A stretch of 64,000 bases of DNA from an uncultured Gammaproteobacteria bacterium (GCA_963753755.1 CAVWDM010000019.1:210282-274281); one strand, 5' to 3'. Shown: positions 31,163 through 41,242, counted from the stretch's first letter. Notes: generated by a model not told the origin, from the letters alone. Program-made: numbers and translations.

Positions 31163-31742
31163 CGTCCGGCGTGATCGTCATCAGCGTCGTGTCGCCGGAC
31201 GCTTCCAGTGTCTCGGTTGAGTGAATATGACCGCTGTGGCCCCTGATGATGATCGCTGAGATATAATCACGTGCCTGCCTGTCCCGGGGTATCAAGTGCA
31301 AGGTCCAGTCCTCAAGGGTGCCGGCCAGTTCGGTTTCGAAGTGCTGCTCCAGGGTGGCCCCGTTGCCAGAGAGTATTGCCCGGTAGGATTCCGCGAAGGC
31401 GCGAATCAGTGGATGGCTGTCGAGTGGAAGGGTGCGCTGTTCCATGCCAGCCTCGATGCGCAGTGAATCACCGCTGATCTCGAACAGTGAATGTTGCGGC
31501 TGATTGACTTCCTTTCTCAGGTAGTCAGGAGCCCGGTAACTGAGGGTGCCTTCCACTACCAGGGGTGCTTCCAGCAAGGCCAGCTGTTTCTCTTCCCTGA
31601 AGCGGGCATCCGCCGAGCTTGTCCGGGTAAATTCTTCCAGCAGCACCTCCAGGGAGAAATCAGCCCAGGCTGGCGGGCTGATGATCAACACCATAAAGGC
31701 CAGCAGCAGCCGGGGTTCAGCCGGGATTTTTCCAGTAGTCAT
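31155..31742 (-). CDS. LolA-like outer-membrane lipoprotein-carrier family protein
   Basis: Signal peptide ...SPPAWA. The pattern ARFREEKQLALLEAPLVVEGTLSYRAPDYLRKEV is typical of LolA-like proteins in these clusters. Confidence 0.6.
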   Translation of the reverse strand: MTTGKIPAEPRLLLAFMVLIISPPAWADFSLEVLLEEFTRTSSADARFREEKQLALLEAPLVVEGTLSYRAPDYLRKEVNQPQHSLFEISGDSLRIEAGMEQRTLPLDSHPLIRAFAESYRAILSGNGATLEQHFETELAGTLEDWTLHLIPRDRQARDYISAIIIRGHSGHIHSTETLEASGDTTLMTITPDDD

Positions 31743-32613
31743 AAAAGTTGAACCAGTTATAGGGATGCGAGCGTGCCCGGTATGTCAGCCGGTCAGCATA
31801 TTTCTGTACCCAGTGCTGCAGGTCATGTTCGCGCTGCCTGCGGTCTATCGTGATCCTGTCACTGAATTCCTCGAAGAAAATATCATAGCGGTTGCCGCCC
31901 TGATATATCCCGAAGAACAAAATGACCGGTACCTTCAATACCGCTGCCGCCAGCAGCGGCCCGAAGGGCAGGGTGGCTTCGGAACCCAGCACCTCGCAGT
32001 GCGTAATCTTGCGGCTGTCGACGACCCGGTCACCGAGCATGCCGATGATATAACCCTGCTGCAGGTATTCGTGTACCCGCAACAGCGCATCTGCATGGCC
32101 AAACGGGATGACTGTATCACTTATCTCCGGATTGAGGGCATGCAGAATGCGTGTGATCATTTCATTGTGCGCCTCCTGCATGAGGATCTTCACGCGAATC
32201 CGGTGGTGGCAAACCCCCAGCGCGCGCAGCACTTCGAAACTGCCAATATGGGAGCCTAGCAATAGGCAACCGGCCCCGGCGTCCAGGTGCTGCAGCAGCT
32301 GTTCGAGGTTGTGTGTCCGGATATCAAGACGGGTGTACTTTCCGGTCAGCAGAAAAACACGATCCAGGATGGTGGCCGAAAAATGGTGGATATGTTTGGC
32401 GACATGCCACCAGTGCACGGGGTGTGCCAGTGCGCGCTGCAGGAAATCATGCGATGCCCGCCGCGCCGCCGGGGCAAACAGCAGGAAGTAAAGCGTAATC
32501 GGATAGAGGATCAGTCTGGCAGGCGGGCGCCCCAGGTGCATCGCGATCCAGCGGATCATGTGCAGCATGAAGGGGGTACCGCGCTCCGCCTGTCCGTGCC
32601 AGTCCTGGCTCAT
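31717..32613 (-). CDS. Lysophospholipid/lipid A-type acyltransferase (LpxL/HtrB family)
   Basis: HX4(D/E) motif GSHIGSFE. N-terminal TM helix. Confidence 0.8.
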   Translation of the reverse strand: MSQDWHGQAERGTPFMLHMIRWIAMHLGRPPARLILYPITLYFLLFAPAARRASHDFLQRALAHPVHWWHVAKHIHHFSATILDRVFLLTGKYTRLDIRTHNLEQLLQHLDAGAGCLLLGSHIGSFEVLRALGVCHHRIRVKILMQEAHNEMITRILHALNPEISDTVIPFGHADALLRVHEYLQQGYIIGMLGDRVVDSRKITHCEVLGSEATLPFGPLLAAAVLKVPVILFFGIYQGGNRYDIFFEEFSDRITIDRRQREHDLQHWVQKYADRLTYRARSHPYNWFNFYDYWKNPG

Positions 32614-32921
32614 TCAGGCCCCGGCGGGGCATGCAATAGAATCGTTCCGGTATTGAGCAGCTGTTCTCCGGCGCTGCACCTGAATGCAATTATCGCGGGA
32701 GCGCGCTGTTCAAGCGCAATGCTGAAGCGGCTGTCCGGGGCGACTGGCTGCAGGAACTTCACCGCCTTCAGGCCCCGAATACGGGATTCCGGTTGCCATA
32801 TCATCGCTGTCGTTAATATTTCTTCAAGCAGTACCACTGCGGGTACCACGGGATTCCCCGGGAAATGTCCGGGCAGGGACGGGTGTGTGGCGGGAATACG
32901 GTGCTCGGTAATGAAACTCAA
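32610..32921 (-). CDS. Small hot-dog dehydratase-like protein
   Basis: HPSLPGHFPGNPVVPAVVLLEEI, a FabA/FabZ-like motif. Confidence 0.65.
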   Translation of the reverse strand: MSFITEHRIPATHPSLPGHFPGNPVVPAVVLLEEILTTAMIWQPESRIRGLKAVKFLQPVAPDSRFSIALEQRAPAIIAFRCSAGEQLLNTGTILLHAPPGPE

Positions 32922-34354
32922 GCCTCTCGCCCTATTGTCCTGAGTATGTCAAGCAGGGCGGTGCGCGGCAGTTTACCGGTTTCGTTGCGGGGCAGCGTGG
33001 CAACCAGGAATAACGGTCGCGGCAGGAATACCGGGTCAATCAGGTGTGCAAGTTGATTGCGGATTGACGCCGCGTCGTGGCCTGGGGCGACCACCAGTGC
33101 CACCAGTCGTTGTGTGGTTTTGTTATTCGACTCCGGGACAATGAATGCGGCATCCTGCACCCCCTCGATACTGCGCAGGCGAATATTGAGATCCTCGAGT
33201 GAAGCACGCTTCCCGGCGATGTTAATCATGTCCGTATGCCGGCCGTGCAGGTTGAATTGCCGGTCACTCACGGGTTCAATGATGTCGTGCAGCGGCACCT
33301 CCCCGGGGAGGTTGGGGCCTGAAGCGACAGAACCCGTTGCGCGTTTTCTGATGGTCAGTCCTTCATAAAGCGACCAGTGTTTGTCCGTCAGGGTCCTGCG
33401 GGTAGCGAGTGAACCCGTTTCGGTGCACCCGTATATTTCCAGCACCGGACAGTTGAATGTTGTTTCAGCCTGTCCCGCCAGAGTCTGATCGAGCGGCGCC
33501 GTGGCTGATATGATGTAGTCTGCCCCCGGCCATTCGAGTCCGGCTGCAAGGCAGGACTTCAGGTGCATGGGGGTCGTGATCAGGACGCGCGGAGTGGTCA
33601 CGGCTTGCAGCGCGACATGCACATCGGCGGGAAAGAAGGTGTTGTTGGTATAGACACTGACGCCGTTGATCAGCGGATTCAGGATCGATGTTTCCAGTCC
33701 ATACATGTGCTGGGCAGGCACCGTGGCTATGATGGTGTGCTTGTTACCACCTTCTCCAAAGCCGAAGCGCTGTTGTTTCATCCTGGCGCCGGTTACCAGG
33801 TCTTGCCAGTATTTTTTATTAGGGCGGGGTTTGCTGGTACTGCCCGAGGTGAACACAATGGCGGCAAGATGCTGGCCGGGAATCAGCGGGATTGCATGCG
33901 TTGCATTGCTGTCATGAGCTGCCATGTCGTCAATGCGATACAGTGGGGCTTCGATGCAGGGTTGGCCGCTGTTGCAGAGGCAAAAGGTATTCCGGTAATT
34001 AGCGGCAATTTCATCAATGACCCGGCCGGCCCGATTGGGTGGTAGCAGGCTGGTCTGGTGATTGACGAGCAACGCGGCAAAACCGACAAGGAACCAGTAG
34101 CGGTGCTCGCAGAGGTTGATCGCATATTGAGCGGCTGGCAGCCTGGCAGCCACGGCATGCACATCGCGTAGAAATTCTGCCGCGCTGATCGCCCTGCCGT
34201 TGTACCAGGCGATCGTGTCACCGGCCGTGTGCGCCTGCAGCAACGGGGATTCAACGTTCCCGGCGGGCAGCAGATTATTGCTTGTTGATGACACGCGGGT
34301 CCACCCGGGAGAGGTTGCGCACAAAGCGGGGGAAGCTGGGGTGTTCCAGGTCAT
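32918..34354 (-). CDS. AMP-dependent synthetase/ligase (aryl starter-unit activating enzyme)
   Basis: AMP-binding core IVFTSGSTSKPRP, and GETGKLPR near the C-terminus. The start is uncertain: ATG 34405, ATG 34354 or GTG 34294. Confidence 0.85.
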   Translation of the reverse strand: MTWNTPASPALCATSPGWTRVSSTSNNLLPAGNVESPLLQAHTAGDTIAWYNGRAISAAEFLRDVHAVAARLPAAQYAINLCEHRYWFLVGFAALLVNHQTSLLPPNRAGRVIDEIAANYRNTFCLCNSGQPCIEAPLYRIDDMAAHDSNATHAIPLIPGQHLAAIVFTSGSTSKPRPNKKYWQDLVTGARMKQQRFGFGEGGNKHTIIATVPAQHMYGLETSILNPLINGVSVYTNNTFFPADVHVALQAVTTPRVLITTPMHLKSCLAAGLEWPGADYIISATAPLDQTLAGQAETTFNCPVLEIYGCTETGSLATRRTLTDKHWSLYEGLTIRKRATGSVASGPNLPGEVPLHDIIEPVSDRQFNLHGRHTDMINIAGKRASLEDLNIRLRSIEGVQDAAFIVPESNNKTTQRLVALVVAPGHDAASIRNQLAHLIDPVFLPRPLFLVATLPRNETGKLPRTALLDILRTIGREA

Positions 34355-34925
34355 GAAGATGATGGACCCGGAAAAAGTATTCTCCGGCAAACAGCAGTCC
34401 GGCAAGCAGGTAATTCAGGATGTTGGCGAACAGGGACCAGATCTCGAGCGGTGCGAACAGCGCCAGCAGCAGTGATTCGAGCGCCAGCAGGATAAAGAAC
34501 AGGGTCCACACTTGCGTGACCCGGCGGGTATAGCTGACAACTCGCGGTTCCAGCTTGCCGCGCAACAGGATCGAGAACCGTGTAATAAGCGGGGTTTCCC
34601 CGGGTAGCAGGGTCCGGCCGAAAAAAACCGCCAGAGCAGCGTTGATCAGGACGGGTATCAGGTAGAGCAGCAATTGCTCACTGCTTTCAAACGTGGCTGC
34701 CAGCAGGGCGACCACTGCGGCGGCGGCCAGCGCTGTGAACAGCCCTCCCGCCCGGCTGCGAGAGGTGAGGAAGACGGGAACCACAAGCAACATCAGCAGA
34801 GCCGCAACGGCATGGCCGTTGATGATGGCGGTATGTATCGCGACGGGATAAGCGATTAACAGGGCAAACAATAATACGGCCCCGGTACGGATGCCGGCAG
34901 CCTTACTTTTTTCTTTGTTTATCAA
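34275..34925 (-). CDS. Polytopic membrane protein of aryl-polyene clusters (function unknown)
   Basis: About 6 TM helices. The probable TTG start at 34925 overlaps the ACP gene end. The ORF-track start is 34979. Confidence 0.6.
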   Translation of the reverse strand: MINKEKSKAAGIRTGAVLLFALLIAYPVAIHTAIINGHAVAALLMLLVVPVFLTSRSRAGGLFTALAAAAVVALLAATFESSEQLLLYLIPVLINAALAVFFGRTLLPGETPLITRFSILLRGKLEPRVVSYTRRVTQVWTLFFILLALESLLLALFAPLEIWSLFANILNYLLAGLLFAGEYFFRVHHLHDLEHPSFPRFVRNLSRVDPRVINKQ

Positions 34926-35172
34926 TGTGGTTGCTGAGTGATCGCAGGCTTGAGAAAAACCGGGTGTTGTTGCTGTCATCTGATTTTATCTGGAAGCCGT
35001 ATTGCATCGAGATACCCAGCGAGAGTTCCAGTGCGTCAATGGAATCCAGGCCGAGACCCTCATTGAATAGCGGGGCTTCAGGCTTGATGGCTCCGGGATC
35101 AATATCCTCCAGGTTTAGTGTGTCCACGATGAGTCTTGCAACCTCTTGTTCAAGAGGTGTTTGTGCTGCCAT
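34903..35172 (-). CDS. Acyl carrier protein
   Basis: Phosphopantetheine site LGLDSIDALEL. About 89 aa. Confidence 0.85.
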   Translation of the reverse strand: MAAQTPLEQEVARLIVDTLNLEDIDPGAIKPEAPLFNEGLGLDSIDALELSLGISMQYGFQIKSDDSNNTRFFSSLRSLSNHIDKQRKK

Positions 35173-35300
35173 TCCGATTCCCTTCAAACACCAGATTGAT
35201 GGTGGTGTATGGTCTAATCATTCACAAGGCAATAGTATACAAGTCCCGGACCAAAAACCATGACCGAAAACGGCGGCAGGTTTTGATTCGATAGCAATAA

Positions 35301-35312
35301 AATCAATTGATT
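35301..35312. promoter_or_regulatory. Perfect 12-bp palindrome aatcaattgatt in the divergent promoter region of the cluster
   Basis: Read directly from the sequence. It lies in the 183-bp gap between the ACP operon and the halogenase operon. Operator role is speculative. Confidence 0.2.
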
Positions 35313-35355
35313 ACCTTGAATAGAGGGTAGAGCGACTCCTGAAGGCGGACTGTTC

Positions 35356-36696
35356 ATGACGATGGGGCACCACAATACTCGATCGTGCCATGTCCTGGTG
35401 GTGGGCGGAGGCCCGGCAGGTTCAACGATTGCAACACTACTGGCGGAGAAAGGCTGGCGGGTGACCCTGCTGGAAAAGGAGCACCATCCGCGTTTCCACA
35501 TCGGTGAATCGCTGTTACCGATGAACCTGCCCATACTGGAGCGTCTCGGGGTGCTGGAACAGGTGCGCAGGATCGGTATCGTCAAGCAAGCGGCGGAGTT
35601 CGTTTCCGATCGCTACAGGGAGCGCCCGCAGGTGTTTCGTTTCAGCAAGGCCATGAATAATCAGTATCCCTATGCATTTCAGGTGCGCCGCTCGGAATTT
35701 GATCATCTGCTGTTGCGGAACAGTACCGCAAAAGGTGTTGACGTGCACGAGGGAGTACGTGTGCACGATGTCGACTTTCAGGACGATGGATCCAGTATTG
35801 TCCATGCAACCGGCAGTGACGGCGTTGCCCGCGAGTGGCGGGCCGGTTTCGTGGTGGATGCTTCCGGGCGCGAGACGCTGGTTTCCAGGAAAATGGGCTG
35901 GAAACAAAAGAGCGACAAGCACAACAGCGCTGCCGTCTTCGGTCACTTTGATAATGTTGTACGCCGCAGCGGGGAAGACGAGGGCAATATCTCCATCTAC
36001 TGGTTCAAACATGGCTGGTTCTGGATGATCCCGCTGCGCGACGGCACCATGAGTGTCGGTGCCGTATGCTGGCCCGAGTATCTGAAGACCCGCAGGACTT
36101 CGCTGGCGGATTTCCTCGCGCAGACGATCAAGTCGTGCCCGGGTGTGTCTGAACGCATGCAGGACGCCAGGCCAAAGGGCGATGTGCATGCAACCGGGAA
36201 TTTCTCCTACAGGTCAAAACACCTGTATCGCAAGGGCTGCCTGCTGGTGGGTGACTCAGGGGCCTTTATCGATCCCGTGTTTTCCAGCGGGGTGTTCCTG
36301 GCGATGAATGCGGCATGCCTGGGCGCAGCGGCGGTTGATGGCACATTGCGAAATCCGGGTGCCGAGCCTGCCTTGATGCGGCAATACGAGAAGACCGTGC
36401 ATCGCGGGCTGCGCTGCATGTCATGGTTCATCTACCGGTTCACGTCGCCGGTGCTGCATCGCATGTTCATGCACCCATCAAACAGGTTTCGTATGGAGCA
36501 GGCGGTGATCTCCATGCTGTCAGGTGATGTGTTCTCGACATCACCGGTCCGCTATTCGCTGGTCATGTTCAAGGCCTTTTACTACCTGTTTGCACTCACC
36601 GAGTGGCGTCATGTTCTGTCTGCCTGGCGTTTCCGGCGCAAGGGGATGCAGCAGACATTTTTACAGGAGACCTTGCTAAAGGATCTGGACTCGTAG
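35356..36696 (+). CDS. Flavin-dependent halogenase
   Basis: GGGPAGS dinucleotide fold, WxWxIP (GWFWMIPL) and FxxPxxSxG (FIDPVFSSG). Confidence 0.8.
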   Translation: MTMGHHNTRSCHVLVVGGGPAGSTIATLLAEKGWRVTLLEKEHHPRFHIGESLLPMNLPILERLGVLEQVRRIGIVKQAAEFVSDRYRERPQVFRFSKAMNNQYPYAFQVRRSEFDHLLLRNSTAKGVDVHEGVRVHDVDFQDDGSSIVHATGSDGVAREWRAGFVVDASGRETLVSRKMGWKQKSDKHNSAAVFGHFDNVVRRSGEDEGNISIYWFKHGWFWMIPLRDGTMSVGAVCWPEYLKTRRTSLADFLAQTIKSCPGVSERMQDARPKGDVHATGNFSYRSKHLYRKGCLLVGDSGAFIDPVFSSGVFLAMNAACLGAAAVDGTLRNPGAEPALMRQYEKTVHRGLRCMSWFIYRFTSPVLHRMFMHPSNRFRMEQAVISMLSGDVFSTSPVRYSLVMFKAFYYLFALTEWRHVLSAWRFRRKGMQQTFLQETLLKDLDS

Positions 36697-36710
36697 CAGA
36701 GAGGCAGCTT

Positions 36711-37748
36711 ATGCAGCAACAGGGTTCCAGCACATTCCATCATCACCAGCATGATCTTGCGATGCCATTGAGCGTCGAGTTGGCCCCTGCCGCGAAGCTG
36801 CCGGCGCTGTTGCAGCGGGATGATGTCTTGATGGCAGTGAGTTTTTCCGGGAAGATTGCAATAGACCGGGCGAATCCGCGGCTGGTGCATGCGGGGCTGC
36901 GAGCCCTGGGAACCTCGGCTGCTGTTGAAGTCTGGCGCGGTGCGGGACCGGTCAGCTGTCATCGGAAAGGGCGAATCAGCTGGTGTGAAAACGGCGATGT
37001 CCTGTTCGGTCATCTGCTGCTGGAAGAGACGGCGGCGGATGACCTGGGTGAATTGATTGCGGCGGCCTATACCGAGATCAATACCTTTCTGCATGCGTCC
37101 GCGTATCCTCATGCGTTTCGTTTCTGGCACTATATCCCGGACATCAACCGGGTCAACAATGGTATTGAGCGTTACCAGGCTTTTTGTGTCGGCAGGTATG
37201 CTGCGCTGAGTATGCAACGCGACTTCGAACGCACGCTACCTGCCGCAAGTGCCGTTGGCACGAATGTTCCGGGGGTGCTGGTTTCTTTCGCATCCGGCAA
37301 GGTCCGCCCGCAGCAGGTAGAGAATCCGCGCCAGATCAGCGCATTTCATTATCCGCCCGTGCACGGGCCACGCAGCCCGCTGTTTTCACGCGCTGCATGC
37401 ATCAACTGGCATGCCGCTGAACGGCAGCTTTTTCTGTCGGGGACGGCGAGTATTGTCGGACATGAGACCCTGCATGGCGGAGACGTGATTGCGCAGTCCG
37501 GGGAATCCTGCAGGAATATCGATGCGGTCCTGTGTGGTTTGGTCGGTTCTCCGCGTATGAAAAACACCAGCCGGATTTCAGCTTCCGGTGTGCGTGTCTA
37601 CCTGCGTCATCCGGAACATCTGGACAGCGTCGCCAGTGTCTTAAACAGCAAGCTGGATCTGCCGGATAATATCATTTATTTGCAGGGCGATTTATGTCGG
37701 GCGGGTTTGCTGTTGGAGATAGAAGGTGTCTTCGATATTGCCGTCTGA
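36711..37748 (+). CDS. Chorismatase, FkbO/Hyg5/XanB2 family (hydroxybenzoate-forming)
   Basis: WHYIPDIN...YQAFCVGRY...PAASAVGT...ENPRQISAFHYPPVHGPRSPLFSRA...LFLSGTASIVGHETLHGGDV matches my recollection of the family consensus. ATG at 36711 with a GAGAGG RBS. Confidence 0.75.
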   Translation: MQQQGSSTFHHHQHDLAMPLSVELAPAAKLPALLQRDDVLMAVSFSGKIAIDRANPRLVHAGLRALGTSAAVEVWRGAGPVSCHRKGRISWCENGDVLFGHLLLEETAADDLGELIAAAYTEINTFLHASAYPHAFRFWHYIPDINRVNNGIERYQAFCVGRYAALSMQRDFERTLPAASAVGTNVPGVLVSFASGKVRPQQVENPRQISAFHYPPVHGPRSPLFSRAACINWHAAERQLFLSGTASIVGHETLHGGDVIAQSGESCRNIDAVLCGLVGSPRMKNTSRISASGVRVYLRHPEHLDSVASVLNSKLDLPDNIIYLQGDLCRAGLLLEIEGVFDIAV

Positions 37749-37870
37749 CTCGATACCGAAAACAGGTATACGGGTGTTGCATTGCCCGATTGTCCGAAAG
37801 ATTGTTTACGCGTTCGTACAGCAGTAACATGCAGCATTCGATTTGGTTGTAATTCCCGAGGAGACAATAG

Positions 37871-38770
37871 ATGGCCAGTGGCGAGACAGCAGAAGTAACA
37901 GAAACTACGACTCCGGTTGATGTGATGGAAGTCATACCCACCAGTGTCGAGGATGTCAGCCAGTTATGGTTGACGGTGCAGGATCTGGCTACTGACTGGG
38001 GCATCAAGGTCCTGGCCGCGCTGGCCATCTTTGTCATTGGCCGCTGGGTCGCGATGGGGGTACGCCGCGGCGTGCGGCGCATGATGGCAAAGGGCGGTGT
38101 TGATCCGATGATTATTGGCTTCGTCGGCAGTATTACCTACATCGCCCTGCTGACTTTCGTCGTCATTGCAGCACTCGGTCAGCTCGGTATACAGACGACC
38201 TCCTTTATTGCCATACTCGGTGCCGCCGGTCTCGCGGTGGGCCTGGCCCTGCAGGGGTCGCTGGCAAATTTTGCGGCCGGTTTCCTGATGATTATCTTTC
38301 GTCCCTTCAAGGTCGGTGATTTTATCGAGGCTGCCGGCGTGGCCGGTGTCGTCAAGGATATGCAGATTTTCACCACGACCATGAAAACCGGTGACAACAA
38401 GACCATTATTATCCCCAATGCGAAAATTTCCGGTGACAATATCATTAACTATTCGGCAGAGGAAAACCGTCGTGTCGATATGACCGTCGGTGTTGCCTAC
38501 GATGCCGACCTGTCAAAGGTCAGGGATGTGCTCAATGACATTATCAGCAAGGAGGAACGCATCCTGTCTGATCCGGCACCGCAGGTTGCGGTCGCCGAGC
38601 TCGCGGACAGCAGTGTCAATTTCATTGTTCGTGTCTGGACCAGGACCGAAGATTACTGGGGTGTCAAGTTCGATGCCACCGAGACCATCAAGAACCGCTT
38701 TGATGAAGCCGGCATCAGCATCCCGTTTCCGCAGCGCGATATTCACATCGTCAGTGGCTCGGCGGCATGA
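37871..38770 (+). CDS. mscS: Small-conductance mechanosensitive channel (MscS family)
   Basis: Three TM helices followed by the conserved MscS beta domain (FRPFKVGDFIE...GVVKDMQIFTTTMKTGDNKTIIIPN). Confidence 0.88.
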   Translation: MASGETAEVTETTTPVDVMEVIPTSVEDVSQLWLTVQDLATDWGIKVLAALAIFVIGRWVAMGVRRGVRRMMAKGGVDPMIIGFVGSITYIALLTFVVIAALGQLGIQTTSFIAILGAAGLAVGLALQGSLANFAAGFLMIIFRPFKVGDFIEAAGVAGVVKDMQIFTTTMKTGDNKTIIIPNAKISGDNIINYSAEENRRVDMTVGVAYDADLSKVRDVLNDIISKEERILSDPAPQVAVAELADSSVNFIVRVWTRTEDYWGVKFDATETIKNRFDEAGISIPFPQRDIHIVSGSAA

Positions 38771-38856
38771 TTTAACTCATTTGCACGGGGCTCGCCGCCA
38801 CGCAGGCAGGAAACCGGGCTGACCATCGTCAGAAATCCGGAAAAGGGGAATAGCTT

Positions 38857-40258
38857 ATGAAAAAGTTGTTATCGATTCTGGGCGAACTCGTGTTCGCTTC
38901 CATGATTTGCCTGTCTGGCGGTACTGTGCAGGCTGAGGATGCGACCTTCACTGAGGCAGAACTTGACCAGATGATGGCGCCCATTGCGCTCTATCCGGAC
39001 TCATTGCTGGCACAGATACTGATGGCTGCTACTTACCCGGCCGACGTGGCCGAGGCCGTCACATGGTCAAAGAATAACCCTGGCAAGGAGGGAGATACCG
39101 CGGTTGAAGCCGTACAGGACAAGTCCTGGGACCCCAGCGTGATGTCGCTGGTTGCCTTTCCACAGGTGATGACCATGATGGGAGAGCAGCCGGACTGGGT
39201 GCAGGATGTGGGTGATGCCTTTCTGGCTGATTCCGATGCCGTCATGGACACCGTCCAGAAGCTGCGCAGCAAGGCAAAGGAAGAAGGTAATCTCGAGACG
39301 ACCGAGCAGCAAAAGGTGATCGTGGAAGAACCGTCGTCGAGTGAGACAGTCATTATCATTGAGCCGGCAGATCCCCAGGTCGTGTATGTTCCGTCTTACA
39401 ATCCGACTGTTATCTACGGCAGCTGGTGGTGGCCGCATTATACGCCGTGGTACTACCGGCCGGTTGGTTATGGCTTTGGTTCCGCCGTGGTACGGGGAAT
39501 CGGCTTCGGTATTGGTGTCGGTATTACCAACGCGCTCTGGGGCGGTTGTAGCTGGGGCCGTGGCCATGGCAGCGTTGATATCAACGTCAACAAGTACAAC
39601 AACATCAACGTCAATCGCAACAGGCTCGATATCAACAAGAAAAATACCAGCTGGAACCACAATTCCAATAATCGTCGTGGCGTGCCTTACAAGGATGATA
39701 GGAGCCGCCAGAAGTTCGAGAACAAGCGTGGCGGAGCCGACCAGCGCAAGGATTACCGGGGGCGTGATGCAGCAGCGAGACAAGGCGCGTGCAACACTGG
39801 ACAAGCGCGCAGTTGATCCGGCCGAGGGTCGCAAGGAGTTAAAGGGTGCGGGCGGTGACAAGGCGAGGGATTCGGTCAGCAAGGCGAACCGTGACGTGGC
39901 GCAGGGCAAACTGGCCAGTCGCGATACCGGCAAGACAAGAGATACGGCAAAGGGCGTTGATCGTGACCAGGCCAAGGGCGCGCTCGCAAGCCGCGATGCC
40001 GGCAAGACAAGGGATACGGCGAAGGGTGTCAGCCGTGACCAGGCCAAGAGTACCGTCGCGAGCCGTGATGCCGGCAAGACCCGCGACGTTGCCAGCAAGA
40101 AGACACCCACCCGGGACAATGCCCTGAAGGGTGCCGGCAATGCGAAAAAAGAACGCCAGAGCATCAATCGCGGTACTTCCAGTGCCCGCTCGATGAGCAG
40201 TCGCGCAGGTGGCGGCGGCGGTGGTCGTGCGGGTGGCGGTGGCGGTCTGCGGCGATAA
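38857..40258 (+). pseudogene. DUF3300 family secreted protein with an apparent +1 frameshift in the C-terminal third
   Basis: APIALYPDSLLAQILMAATYP...WDPSVMSLVAFPQV lies in ORF 38857..39816. The typical Lys/Arg/Asp-rich, Gly-rich tail continues in ORF 39341..40258. The frame change lies between about 39700 and 39816 (a G5 run sits at 39756-39760). Confidence 0.75.
39914..40100 (+). repeat. 72-bp (24-aa) tandem repeat x about 2.5 inside the DUF3300 tail
   Basis: ASRDTGKTRDTAKGVDRDQAKGAL / ASRDAGKTRDTAKGVSRDQAKSTV / ASRDAGKTRDVA... Confidence 0.7.
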
Positions 40259-40270
40259 CAGGAGAATGAC

Positions 40271-41242
40271 ATGAATTACGGATCAGAAAATATTCAAGAG
40301 ACTGTTGTCAGCCGGTTACACTCGATGGTCACCTGCCTGCTGGCAGTATTCGCAGCGGCCGCGATCCTGTCCACCGCATCCTGTTCAGATTCCGGAAAGG
40401 ACATTGCGGAACTGACTGTGGATCCCGATATCGGCCAGGCTGTTTTCAACACGCCCGAGGATGCGGCGAATGCCTTCGTGCTGGCAGTTGCAGATGATGA
40501 TGAGGCGATGCTTGGCAAGCTGCTTGGTATAGACTACCAGGAGGTCCTGCCACTGGATAATATCGATGCCGAGGATGTCGATAACTTTATTGTTGCTGCA
40601 GAAAAGCACAATACCCTGCTGCCTCGAGGTGACCGCAAGATGCTGCTTGCAGTCGGCGAGGATGAGTGGACCCTGCCCATTCCGATCGTGGCCGGTGAGT
40701 CCGGCTGGTATTTTGATATCGATGAAGGCCTGGAAAACATGCGTATCCGGCGCATCGGCAGGAATGAGCTCGCCACCATGCAGGCGGTGCTGGCTTACTA
40801 TGACGCACAGATGGAATACGCCGAGCAGGATCGAAATGGCAACGGCTTGCTGGAATACGCACAGCGCTTTATCAGCGCGCCTGGCACCCATGACGGCCTC
40901 TACTGGGAGGTCGAGCCCGGTGAAACACCCAGTCCACTGGGACCATTGATGGCCGATCACACGCCGGGCGGCGGGTACCATGGCTACTACTACAAGATAC
41001 TGGATGCACAGGGGGCACATGCCAGGGGCGGTGCCTACAGTTACCTGATCAATGGCCAGATGCGGGCCGGTTTTGCGGTGATTGCCTGGCCGGTTGAATA
41101 CGGTGACAGCGGCGTGATGAGTTTCATGGTAAGTCATGCAGGCATTGTCTACGAGCAGAACCTCGGGCCGGACAGTGCCAGTATTGCAGCTGCGATGCAG
41201 GTTATGATCCCGGTCCAGGCTGGACGCCCGTCCAGGAGGTGA
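40271..41242 (+). CDS. DUF2950 family protein
   Basis: YAQRFISAPGTHDGLYW...SPLGPLMA...GYHGYYYKILDAQG...GFAVIAWPVEYGDSGVMSFMV. This family is the usual partner of DUF3300. Confidence 0.75.
   Translation: MNYGSENIQETVVSRLHSMVTCLLAVFAAAAILSTASCSDSGKDIAELTVDPDIGQAVFNTPEDAANAFVLAVADDDEAMLGKLLGIDYQEVLPLDNIDAEDVDNFIVAAEKHNTLLPRGDRKMLLAVGEDEWTLPIPIVAGESGWYFDIDEGLENMRIRRIGRNELATMQAVLAYYDAQMEYAEQDRNGNGLLEYAQRFISAPGTHDGLYWEVEPGETPSPLGPLMADHTPGGGYHGYYYKILDAQGAHARGGAYSYLINGQMRAGFAVIAWPVEYGDSGVMSFMVSHAGIVYEQNLGPDSASIAAAMQVMIPVQAGRPSRR

Noticed and set aside
39067-40272. 401-aa Pro/Arg-rich ORF on the minus strand
   Set aside because: It is exactly antisense to the DUF3300 gene and its repeat tail. Its composition (poly-P, poly-R, repeated LVLPASRLA units) is the mirror of the sense-strand repeats. 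It is a shadow ORF typical of GC-rich DNA.
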